This document shows positions 20,626 to 28,535 of a stretch of DNA of 64,000 bases, piece after piece. This DNA comes from a bacterium. Its GTDB lineage: Bacteria; Vulcanimicrobiota; Vulcanimicrobiia; Vulcanimicrobiales; SCRA01. Within the stretch, counting starts at the first letter, position 1. Every line of letters starts with the position of its first letter. The translations under genes were made by a program, and so were the position numbers. The notes beneath the pieces are model-generated. The model was not told where the DNA came from and made no database searches. It saw nothing but the letters and a program-made list of their open reading frames with translations. The stretch is taken from assembly GCA_004297985.1 (NCBI GenBank), contig SCRA01000027.1, forward strand, positions 360 to 64,359, read 5' to 3'.

Positions 20626-21984
20626 ATGGCCAAGGCCGCCAAGACGATCTTCTTTTGCTCATCCTGCGGGTTCGAGTCGCTGCGCTGGCTCGGGCGTTGT
20701 CCCGGCTGCGAAGGCTGGAACACGTTCGCCGAAGCGCCGGCGGCGTCGCAGATGCGTCACACCGCGGAGCGCGCGCCGGCGCCCTCGCTCGTTGCTCTGC
20801 GCGACATCGAGATCGGCGACGAGGAGCGCATCTCCACCGGCATGCGCGAGTTCGACAACCTGTTGGGCGGGGGCGTCGTACCGGGGAGCGTGATCCTCGT
20901 CGGAGGCGAGCCGGGTGTCGGCAAATCGACGCTCCTGCTCGACGTCCTCGCGCGCCTCGCGCGGCGCGCGGGCCCCGTCGTCTACCTGAGCGGCGAGGAA
21001 TCGGCGGCGCAGACGAAGCTGCGCGCGGCGCGCCTGGGCTCGGCCGACGACGTTCTGGTGGTCGCGGCATCGAGCCTAGCCCCGGCGCTCGACGAGATCG
21101 AGCGCGCCGGCGCGCGCATGCTGGTCGTCGACTCGATCCAGACGGTCTATCTCGAAGGCTGCGAATCCGGCATCGGCAGCGTGGCGCAGGTACGGGAGTG
21201 CGCGCAAGCGCTCCAGCACTTCGCCAAGCGCACGGGCTGCGCGACGTTCGTCGTCGGTCACGTGACCAAGGACGGTGCCATCGCGGGTCCTCGGCTGCTC
21301 GAGCACCTGGTCGACACCGTGCTCTACTTCGAAGGCGACGGCGCCGCGGGGCTACGCGTCCTGCGCTCGTACAAGAACCGCTTCGGCTCGGTCGACGAGA
21401 TCTGCGTCTTCACGATGGGCGCTGAAGGCCTGCGCGAGATCGCCGAGCCCTCGAAGCGCTTTCTTGAAGGACGCTCGACTCACGCGAGCGGCTCCTGCGT
21501 CGTTCCCGGCATCGTGGGCAGCCGCCCGATCCTGCTGGAGGTGCAGGCGCTGCTTGCGGGAGCCGCGTACGGCACGCCGCGGCGTCTGGCATCGAGCCTC
21601 GATGCCAACCGTCTGGCGATCGTGCTAGCCGTGCTCGAGAAGCGCGCTGGACTCCTGGTAGGCGGACAGGACGTCTACGCCAGCGTCGCGGGAGGCCTGC
21701 GGGTAAACGAACCCGCGGCCGACGTTGCGCTGGCGCTCGCGATCGCTTCCGCCCACCGCAACAGAGCGCTCCCTCACGATCTCGTCGCCTTCGGCGAGCT
21801 CGGCCTCTCCGGCGAAGTGCGCGCCGTCGGTCAGAGCGAGCGACGCCTAGCGGAGGCGGTGCGGCTAGGTTTTCACACTGCCATCGTACCGCATGCAGCG
21901 CGCCCGGCTGCCGCGCCCAAAGGGTTGCACGTCATTCCCATCGACGAGGTCGGCCGCGCCATCGCCGCCGCCTTCGAGTTATAG
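20626..21984 (+). CDS. radA: DNA repair protein RadA/Sms
   Basis: CSSCG...CPGC zinc finger, GGEPGVGKST, KNRFG, GELGLSGEVR; start ATG 20626. Confidence 0.97.
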   Translation: MAKAAKTIFFCSSCGFESLRWLGRCPGCEGWNTFAEAPAASQMRHTAERAPAPSLVALRDIEIGDEERISTGMREFDNLLGGGVVPGSVILVGGEPGVGKSTLLLDVLARLARRAGPVVYLSGEESAAQTKLRAARLGSADDVLVVAASSLAPALDEIERAGARMLVVDSIQTVYLEGCESGIGSVAQVRECAQALQHFAKRTGCATFVVGHVTKDGAIAGPRLLEHLVDTVLYFEGDGAAGLRVLRSYKNRFGSVDEICVFTMGAEGLREIAEPSKRFLEGRSTHASGSCVVPGIVGSRPILLEVQALLAGAAYGTPRRLASSLDANRLAIVLAVLEKRAGLLVGGQDVYASVAGGLRVNEPAADVALALAIASAHRNRALPHDLVAFGELGLSGEVRAVGQSERRLAEAVRLGFHTAIVPHAARPAAAPKGLHVIPIDEVGRAIAAAFEL

Positions 21985-21994
21985 GAGTCCGGCG

Positions 21995-22867
21995 ATGGCG
22001 CTCTTCGAGTGCGTCCCCAACTTCTCCGAGGGGCGCGATACGAGAACGGTAGACGCGCTCACCCAGGCGGCGGAACGCGCCGGCGCACGCGTCCTGGACC
22101 GCACTGCGGACGCGAAGCACAACCGTTGCGTCCTGACGCTGGTGGGCCAGGCTCACGAGCTCTCCGAAGCCGCTTTCGCCATGGCGCGCGTTGCCGTGGA
22201 GCGTATCGATCTTCGCTTACACCACGGCGTCCATCCACGCATCGGCGCCATCGACGTCCTGCCGTTCGTCCCGCTGCGCGAGGTGGAGATGGGCGCGGCC
22301 GTCGACCTCGCACGCTCGACGGCACGCCGGCTGTGGGACGAGCTGCGCCTCCCGTGCTATTTCTATGAAGAGGCCGCCACGCGTCCCGAGCGGCGCGATC
22401 TGGCCCGCGTTCGTAATCTCGGCTTCGAAGCCTTGGCGGCACGCATGCGTGAACCGGGCGGCGCTCCCGACGTCGGAGAGGCGGCGCCGCACCCCACCGC
22501 TGGGGCCGTCGCCGTCGGCGCGCGCCGTCTGCTCGTGGCGTGGAACATCGTCGCAGAAGGCATCGACATGCGTACGGCGCGCGTGATCGCGCAACGAATG
22601 CGCGGCCGGGACGGCGGCCTGACCACGCTCAAGGCGTTGGCCTTCCCGCTGGACGGCGGACGCGTCCAGCTCTCGTTCAACCTGACGGACAGCGCGGCCA
22701 CTCCGCTGCACCGCGTCACCGAGCTGGCTCGGCGACAGGTGACGCGCGCCGGCGGACGACTCGTCGGCGGCGAGCTGATCGGCCTGGTTTCGTTGGAGGC
22801 ACTGAGCGCCGCCGCTGCGCACTACGGAGCTCTCCAGGGGCTCACGGCAAGCGACGTCTACGTCTGA
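21995..22867 (+). CDS. ftcD: Glutamate formiminotransferase
   Basis: ECVPNFSEGRD, HNR, HPRIGAIDVLPFVP, HPTAGAVAVGAR; AGGAG RBS before ATG 21995. Confidence 0.9.
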   Translation: MALFECVPNFSEGRDTRTVDALTQAAERAGARVLDRTADAKHNRCVLTLVGQAHELSEAAFAMARVAVERIDLRLHHGVHPRIGAIDVLPFVPLREVEMGAAVDLARSTARRLWDELRLPCYFYEEAATRPERRDLARVRNLGFEALAARMREPGGAPDVGEAAPHPTAGAVAVGARRLLVAWNIVAEGIDMRTARVIAQRMRGRDGGLTTLKALAFPLDGGRVQLSFNLTDSAATPLHRVTELARRQVTRAGGRLVGGELIGLVSLEALSAAAAHYGALQGLTASDVYV

Positions 22868-23388
22868 ACTTTTTCGCCCTGGATGGTCACCACGATGAAG
22901 ATCGTGCCCTTCTTGAGCACGACGTCCTTCCCGTTGCGCACATAGTCGTAGGCCTTGGTGATCAGCCCCATCGAGGGTATCGGCAGATAACTGGTGTAGA
23001 ACGGCAACTGTGGATCGGCACCCTTGCGACGCAAGTCGCTGACTTTTCGATCGACGATCACTTGCAGCTCACCGCCATGCGGCAGACGCAGATAGCGCGC
23101 CTCCAACAGCAGCGATCCCTGGCGGCTATGGGGGCCGGCCGGCTGCGCGTCGGAGACGATGCCCACGCCGGCCGCGTGGGTGGGAAGCACCGTCTTGCCG
23201 CCGATCTTCAGCGCCTCAATCGTTTGGAAATGGTAGAAGTCGCCGGCCGTTGCCGTCGCGGAGTCCACGGTTTCGGAGAGCGCAACGGCGATCACGGTCC
23301 CGGCGGGAATCACCGTGCTCGGCGCAGGCGTGGGGGCGGTTGCTACGACGGCCGGCGGTGTCGGCGGCGGTCCAAGAATCATCCGCAT
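22858..23388 (-). CDS. Hypothetical protein, Pro/Thr-rich N-terminus plus TrbI/VirB10-like beta domain
   Basis: IPAGTVIAVAL.ETVDS...GD pattern and C-terminal VVLKKGT; family assignment tentative. Confidence 0.55.
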   Translation of the reverse strand: MRMILGPPPTPPAVVATAPTPAPSTVIPAGTVIAVALSETVDSATATAGDFYHFQTIEALKIGGKTVLPTHAAGVGIVSDAQPAGPHSRQGSLLLEARYLRLPHGGELQVIVDRKVSDLRRKGADPQLPFYTSYLPIPSMGLITKAYDYVRNGKDVVLKKGTIFIVVTIQGEKVQT

Positions 23389-23445
23389 GCGTTCGGGTCA
23401 AGTCTTGGTATATCTTCGCCGATGTTGGGAAAGAGCGAAAATGCG

Positions 23446-23898
23446 ATGCTGGAAGAGGTGAAGTCGACGCCATATTGGCGGGGTGAGGTCCCCAATCAGC
23501 CTGAATTCGTCAGCACCGCCCGACACTGGATCGTGGCGATGAGCCGCCACCTCGGAGCAGATGATCAAACATCGGCCGACGTTGAATTTGCCGTCGGCGA
23601 GGCGCTCGCCAATGCCGTGGAGCATGGCCACCGGGTTGGCCGCGACAACCGCAAGATCACGCTGAGGATCCATCGGACGAGCGACCACCACTTGGTGGTC
23701 GAAGTCGTCGACTCCGGCGCCGCGTTCGATTTCAGCCGTCAGGGCGTCCGCTCGGACGACGAGTATCACGCCCCTCGCGGCTTCGGCATCTTCCTGATGC
23801 GCGAGCTGATGGACGAGGTGCACTACGAGCATCGCCGCGCGGGAAACGTGGTGCGCCTCATCAAGCGCATCCCAGAGGCGCACGAGCACGTCTCGTAA
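23446..23898 (+). CDS. RsbW-like anti-sigma factor (HATPase_c_2)
   Basis: AVGEALANAVEHG, VVDSG, GFGIFLMRELMDEV, GNVVRLIK; start ATG 23446 or 23422. Confidence 0.88.
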   Translation: MLEEVKSTPYWRGEVPNQPEFVSTARHWIVAMSRHLGADDQTSADVEFAVGEALANAVEHGHRVGRDNRKITLRIHRTSDHHLVVEVVDSGAAFDFSRQGVRSDDEYHAPRGFGIFLMRELMDEVHYEHRRAGNVVRLIKRIPEAHEHVS

Positions 23899-23932
23899 GT
23901 AGACAAGAGGAGCCGCACCCTCTCCAGCGTAA

Positions 23933-24250
23933 CCGCCCCTTGCAAGGAGGCGGCGCCGAGCCGTTGCAGCTATCGATCCCCGACAAGCCCTCATAGCTAT
24001 CCTCGACAGCCTCGATGCCGCGCGAGCGCGACAGGACGTTCCTGCAGCGCAAGCTCTGCTTGGCAATCTGCCGGAGACGGTCGCGACCTGGCTGACCGAT
24101 CCGCGAGATCGTGTCTTCATCGCCAACCTCGTGGCCTACGCGGAGCGTTGGACGGCGATCACGCCCCGCTCCGACGATTTTTTCGATGCTCTCTCCCTGG
24201 TCGTGGCTTCGCTGCGCGAGCGCCTCGGCGGTGGAGAGCGAAGGAGGTAA
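23933..24250 (+). CDS. Unannotated ~100-aa helical hypothetical protein without a canonical start codon near its 5' end
   Basis: Stop-free frame reading ...AAIDPRQALIAILDSLDAARARQDVPAAQALLGNLPETVATWL...LRERLGGGERRR*; its 3' end contains the bdhA RBS. Confidence 0.45.
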   Translation, partial: PPLARRRRRAVAAIDPRQALIAILDSLDAARARQDVPAAQALLGNLPETVATWLTDPRDRVFIANLVAYAERWTAITPRSDDFFDALSLVVASLRERLGGGERRR

Positions 24251-24254
24251 ACGA

Positions 24255-25052
24255 ATGTCCGCACTTGATGCGCACGGGCGCGTAACGCTGGTGACGGGTG
24301 GGAGTCGCGGCATCGGCCGCGCCATCGCCGAGGCGCTCGCGAAAGAGGGGTCGGATCTCGCGATCGTCGATCTGGACCTCGCTCAAGCCGAAGCCACGGC
24401 AAAGGAGCTGGCCGCGGCGCACGGCGTCCGCGCACGCGCCTACGCCGGCGACGTGCGGAAGGCCGAAGAGATGACCGAACTCTGCGCAAGCGCGGCCAAG
24501 GACCTCGGCGGCATCGATCACGTCGTCAACAACGCCGGCGTGCAGTTCGTGTCGCCGCTTCCGGAGTTCCCCGAGGACAAGTGGAACTTCGTGATAGACA
24601 TCAACCTCAACGGCATCTTCCACGTCACCAAGGCCGCATGGCCCTACCTGCTCCAGCGCAAGCGCGGGCGCATCGTGAACATCTCCAGCGTCCACGGCCT
24701 CGTTGCCTCGCCCTTCAAGCCCGCGTACATCGCGGCCAAGCACGGCGTCGTCGGCCTAACGAAGGCAGCCGCTCTCGAAGGCGCCGAGGCCGGCATCACC
24801 GTCAACGCGATCTGCCCAGGCGCGGTGATGACGGACATCATTCGCAACCAGATCCCCGAGCTGCGCGCAGCCTACGGCCCCGATCTCAGCGACGAACAGG
24901 TGCTCGAGAAAGCCTTCCTCTACGCCATGCCCACCAAGAGGATGATCGACCCCACCGAAATCGGTCACCTCGCGGCCTTCCTCTGCTCCGACGGCGCCAT
25001 GTCCATCACCGGCGCCGCCATCCCCATCGACGGAGGTTGGGCGGCGCACTAG
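24255..25052 (+). CDS. bdhA: 3-hydroxybutyrate dehydrogenase (SDR)
   Basis: TGGSRGIG, NNAGVQFVSP, SVHGLVASPFKPAYIAAKHG; AAGGAGG RBS. Confidence 0.85.
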   Translation: MSALDAHGRVTLVTGGSRGIGRAIAEALAKEGSDLAIVDLDLAQAEATAKELAAAHGVRARAYAGDVRKAEEMTELCASAAKDLGGIDHVVNNAGVQFVSPLPEFPEDKWNFVIDINLNGIFHVTKAAWPYLLQRKRGRIVNISSVHGLVASPFKPAYIAAKHGVVGLTKAAALEGAEAGITVNAICPGAVMTDIIRNQIPELRAAYGPDLSDEQVLEKAFLYAMPTKRMIDPTEIGHLAAFLCSDGAMSITGAAIPIDGGWAAH

Positions 25053-25077
25053 CGGCGCCCAACCTCCGTCGATGGGG
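25022..25077. repeat. Perfect 22-bp inverted repeat whose left arm is the bdhA coding 3' end
   Basis: CCCCATCGACGGAGGTTGGGCG (25022-25043) / CGCCCAACCTCCGTCGATGGGG (25056-25077). Confidence 0.9.
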
Positions 25078-25104
25078 TGTCGCCTTTCGATTCGCGTTAG
25101 CGCC

Positions 25105-25531
25105 GGTAGACGAGGGGACACCTCACTCCGGGACCGCGGCTCGCACATCCTGTGCGACCGCTTAGTTCCGCGCGCTTCCGGCTCGCCCCACCTCGTAAAC
25201 TCGGCGGGGACCCCATACTTCTTTAAAAGCGGTTTGGCATGCGCCAAACCGCCGCCTCGCGCGCTCCATAAGTCCCTTCGTGAGGAGTCCCCTCGTCTAC
25301 CTCACGCCTCCCATTCCGACCGCAAGATCTCCGCTTCACGACGCGCGCCGCTAGTGCGCGAGAGGGAGGAGGCAGTACTTGCGTCACGGCCAGGCAGTGG
25401 CCGCGGACGTGGAGGGGCCCCGCGAAGGGACTCTCTGGAGCGAGCGAGGTCAGGATGACCGGAAGCGAGCGGAACGAGAGTGTGCCGCACACGAGGTGCG
25501 GCACGCGGTCCCGGAGCGGGGCCGCTCTACG
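25105..25531. repeat. Two related REP/REPIN- or MITE-like elements in inverted orientation
   Basis: Element 1 (25105-25301) is bounded by GGTAGACGAGGGGAC inverted repeats; element 2 (~25408-25531) by CGT(A/G)GAG(C/G)GGCCCCGC inverted repeats; internal segments shared in reversed order. Confidence 0.7.
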
Positions 25532-25555
25532 CCCGCGGCCGCAGACGTGTGAATG

Positions 25556-26380
25556 TTAGGCGCTAACGCCGAAGTCGCGTAGGGCGGCGTTGAGCGAGGT
25601 CTTGCGGTCCGTCGACTCCTGGCGTTGGCCGATGATGAGGGCGCAGGGAACCTGAAATTCGCCGGCGGCGAAGCGCTTGGGCATCGTGCCGGGGATGACG
25701 ACGCTGCGCGCCGGGATACGTCCGCGCGTTATCACGGGCTGAGCTCCCGTCACGTCGACGATCGGCGTGGACGCCGTCAGCACGACGTTGGCGCCGAGCA
25801 CGGCCTCGCGCTCGACCACCACGCCCTCCACCACGATGCTGCGCGAGCCGATGAAGCAGCCGTCCTCCACGATCACCGGCTGCGCCTGCGCGGGCTCCAA
25901 GACTCCGCCGATGCCGACGCCTCCGGAAAGGTGAACGCCTTTGCCGATCTGCGCGCAGGAGCCCACGGTCGCCCAGGTGTCGACCATCGTCCTCTCGTCG
26001 ACGTAGGCACCGATGTTGACGAAACCCGGCATCAGGATGCAGCCGCGCGCAAGGAACGAGCCGTAGCGCGCCACGCCGGGCGGAACGCAGCGTACGCCGA
26101 GGGCGGCGTAGTTGCGCTTGGTCGGCACCTTGTCGAAGAACGTCAGCTCCGTCTGTGGATCGTACAGCTCGCGGCTCTCGTGGCGCGCGAAGTAGAGCAA
26201 AATCGCCTGCTTCACCCATGCATGCGTGACCCAGCCGTCGGGTCCCGGCTCGCAGACGCGAAGCTCTCCGCGATCGAGCAGGTCGACGATCTCGTCGACG
26301 ACGCTCCCCGCGGCACCGCGTACGGCGGCGTTATCGGTGGCGAGCTGAGCCACGGCGTGCTCCAGTGCGTTCCTCTCCAT
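25556..26380 (-). CDS. dapD: Tetrahydrodipicolinate N-succinyltransferase
   Basis: [45 protein letters not shown]; start ATG 26380. Confidence 0.95.
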   Translation of the reverse strand: MERNALEHAVAQLATDNAAVRGAAGSVVDEIVDLLDRGELRVCEPGPDGWVTHAWVKQAILLYFARHESRELYDPQTELTFFDKVPTKRNYAALGVRCVPPGVARYGSFLARGCILMPGFVNIGAYVDERTMVDTWATVGSCAQIGKGVHLSGGVGIGGVLEPAQAQPVIVEDGCFIGSRSIVVEGVVVEREAVLGANVVLTASTPIVDVTGAQPVITRGRIPARSVVIPGTMPKRFAAGEFQVPCALIIGQRQESTDRKTSLNAALRDFGVSA

Positions 26381-26489
26381 AGCGCCCTCGGGTTCGCGAG
26401 AAACGCTCCGCGATACCTGGCGGCAACGAATTTTCACGACCGGGGCCCCTAGACGGAAAGATGGATACGACTCCAGAACACACGGGACC

Positions 26490-28502
26490 ATGCCGAATAC
26501 GCCAGCCGACGATCTGAACATCAACGCCATCCGCTTTCTGAGCGTCGATGCCATCGAGAAGGCGAAGTCCGGGCATCCCGGTCTTCCGCTCGGAGCCGCC
26601 GCGATGGCCTATGCGCTGTGGACGCGCCATCTCAAGCACAGCCCCTCGAACCCGCACTGGTTCAACCGCGACCGCTTCGTGCTCTCGGCGGGCCACGGCT
26701 CGATGCTGCTCTATGCTCTGCTCTACCTGACCGGGTACGGTCTCGAGCTAGACGATCTGCGGGCCTTCCGCCAGTTGGGGAGCCGCACGCCGGGCCACCC
26801 GGAGCGCGATCTCGCCCCGGGCGTCGAAGTCACAACGGGGCCGTTGGGCCAGGGATTCGCCAACGGCGTCGGCATGGCCATCGCCGAGGCGAACCTGGCT
26901 GCACGCTTCAACCGTCCCGGCCACACGATCATCGATCACTTCACGTACGCGATCGTCAGCGACGGCGACTTGATGGAAGGCGTCACTCAGGAGGCGGCCT
27001 CGGTTGCCGGCCACCTCGGTCTGGGAAAACTCATCTATCTCTACGACGACAACCACGTCTCGCTGGCAAACGCCACCGACGTCACGTACACGGAAGGCAT
27101 CGAGCCGAAGTACGAGGCTCTGGGTTGGCACGTACAGTTCGTGGGGCACAACGAGGCATATGACGTCGGAGCAGTCGCGCGCGCGATCGAGGCGGCGCAG
27201 CGCGTCGACGATCGTCCCTCGCTCATCATCGTGCGGACCACCATCGGCTACGGCTCCCCGGTCGCCGATTCCTACAAGTCGCACGGTGAGGCGCTCGGCA
27301 AGGAGAACACCGAGAAGACGAAGGAGGCCTTGGGCTGGCCGCTCTACCCGCCGTTCTACGTCCCTGAGGAGAGTTTGGCGTTCTTCCGTGGGGCCGTCGA
27401 GCGCGGGCGTGTTGCAGAGAACGCCTGGGAGACGCGATTCGAGCACTACGCCGCCGCTTTCCCAGCAGAGGCTGCGGAGCTGCGCCGGATGATCGCCGGT
27501 GAGCTCCCCGAAGGTCTGGCCAAGGCCATTCCCACCTTCTCGCCCGAGGACGGCGAGATCGCCACACGCGATGCCGGGGGCAAGGTGATGAACGCTGTCG
27601 CTGCTCTCTTACCTGAGCTCATCGGCGGCAGCGCCGATCTCGATCCCTCGACAAAGACTTACCTCAAGGGCTTGGGCGACTTCCAGCGCCAGACGCGCCA
27701 AGGGCGCAACATTCACTGGGGCATCCGCGAACACGCCATGGGCGCAGGCTCGAACGGTTTGGCCGCCCACGGCGGCCTGCTCCCCTACACGGCTACTTTC
27801 CTGACGTTCTCGGACTACATGAAGCCTGCGATTCGCCTCGCCGCGCTCAGCAAGCTGCATGTGGTCTGCGTCTTCACCCACGATTCGATTCTCTTGGGCG
27901 AGGACGGACCGACGCACCAGCCGATCGAGCATCTCGCGGCGTTACGTGCGGTGCCGGGGCTGACCGTGCTGCGTCCCGCCGACGCCAACGAGACGGCGGC
28001 GGCATGGCTGCACGCACTGCACGACCGCGGGCGCCCCACCGTCCTCGTGCTGACGCGCCAGAAGCTCCCAGTGCTGGCGGGCACCGCCGGGGCTCCCATC
28101 GAGCGCGGCGCATACGTGCTGGCGGAGGCCGGCGGGGCGCTCGATCTGATCCTCATCGCCACCGGCTCCGAGGTCTCGCTGTGCCTGCAGGCCCGCGCAC
28201 TCCTGGAGCAACGAGGCATCGGCACACGCGTCGTCTCGATGCCATCGTGGGAGCTCTTTGAGGACCAGGAGCAAGCCTACCGTGACGAAGTGCTCCCGCC
28301 GGCGGTAGGGGCGCGCCTCTCGGTAGAGGCTGCCGCGACGCTGGGCTGGAGCCGCTGGGTCGGCGACCACGGCGCGTGCGTGGGTATGCATACCTTCGGC
28401 GAGTCTGCCCCCATCGCGGCCGTCGCCGAGCACTTCGGCTTCACCCCGGTGCACGTGGCAGAACGTGGCGCCGCGCTCGCCGTAGGCGTGGCGAAGCGTT
28501 AG
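26490..28502 (+). CDS. tkt: Transketolase
   Basis: [48 protein letters not shown]. Confidence 0.98.
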   Translation: MPNTPADDLNINAIRFLSVDAIEKAKSGHPGLPLGAAAMAYALWTRHLKHSPSNPHWFNRDRFVLSAGHGSMLLYALLYLTGYGLELDDLRAFRQLGSRTPGHPERDLAPGVEVTTGPLGQGFANGVGMAIAEANLAARFNRPGHTIIDHFTYAIVSDGDLMEGVTQEAASVAGHLGLGKLIYLYDDNHVSLANATDVTYTEGIEPKYEALGWHVQFVGHNEAYDVGAVARAIEAAQRVDDRPSLIIVRTTIGYGSPVADSYKSHGEALGKENTEKTKEALGWPLYPPFYVPEESLAFFRGAVERGRVAENAWETRFEHYAAAFPAEAAELRRMIAGELPEGLAKAIPTFSPEDGEIATRDAGGKVMNAVAALLPELIGGSADLDPSTKTYLKGLGDFQRQTRQGRNIHWGIREHAMGAGSNGLAAHGGLLPYTATFLTFSDYMKPAIRLAALSKLHVVCVFTHDSILLGEDGPTHQPIEHLAALRAVPGLTVLRPADANETAAAWLHALHDRGRPTVLVLTRQKLPVLAGTAGAPIERGAYVLAEAGGALDLILIATGSEVSLCLQARALLEQRGIGTRVVSMPSWELFEDQEQAYRDEVLPPAVGARLSVEAAATLGWSRWVGDHGACVGMHTFGESAPIAAVAEHFGFTPVHVAERGAALAVGVAKR

Positions 28503-28535
28503 ACTTGTAGACGAACCAACGAGAGGAGACCCGTC

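Noticed and set aside
25105..25531. CRISPR array or small protein-coding ORFs in the bdhA-dapD spacer
   Set aside because: Repeats are inverted and modular, not regularly spaced direct repeats; no cas genes; ORF translations are not protein-like
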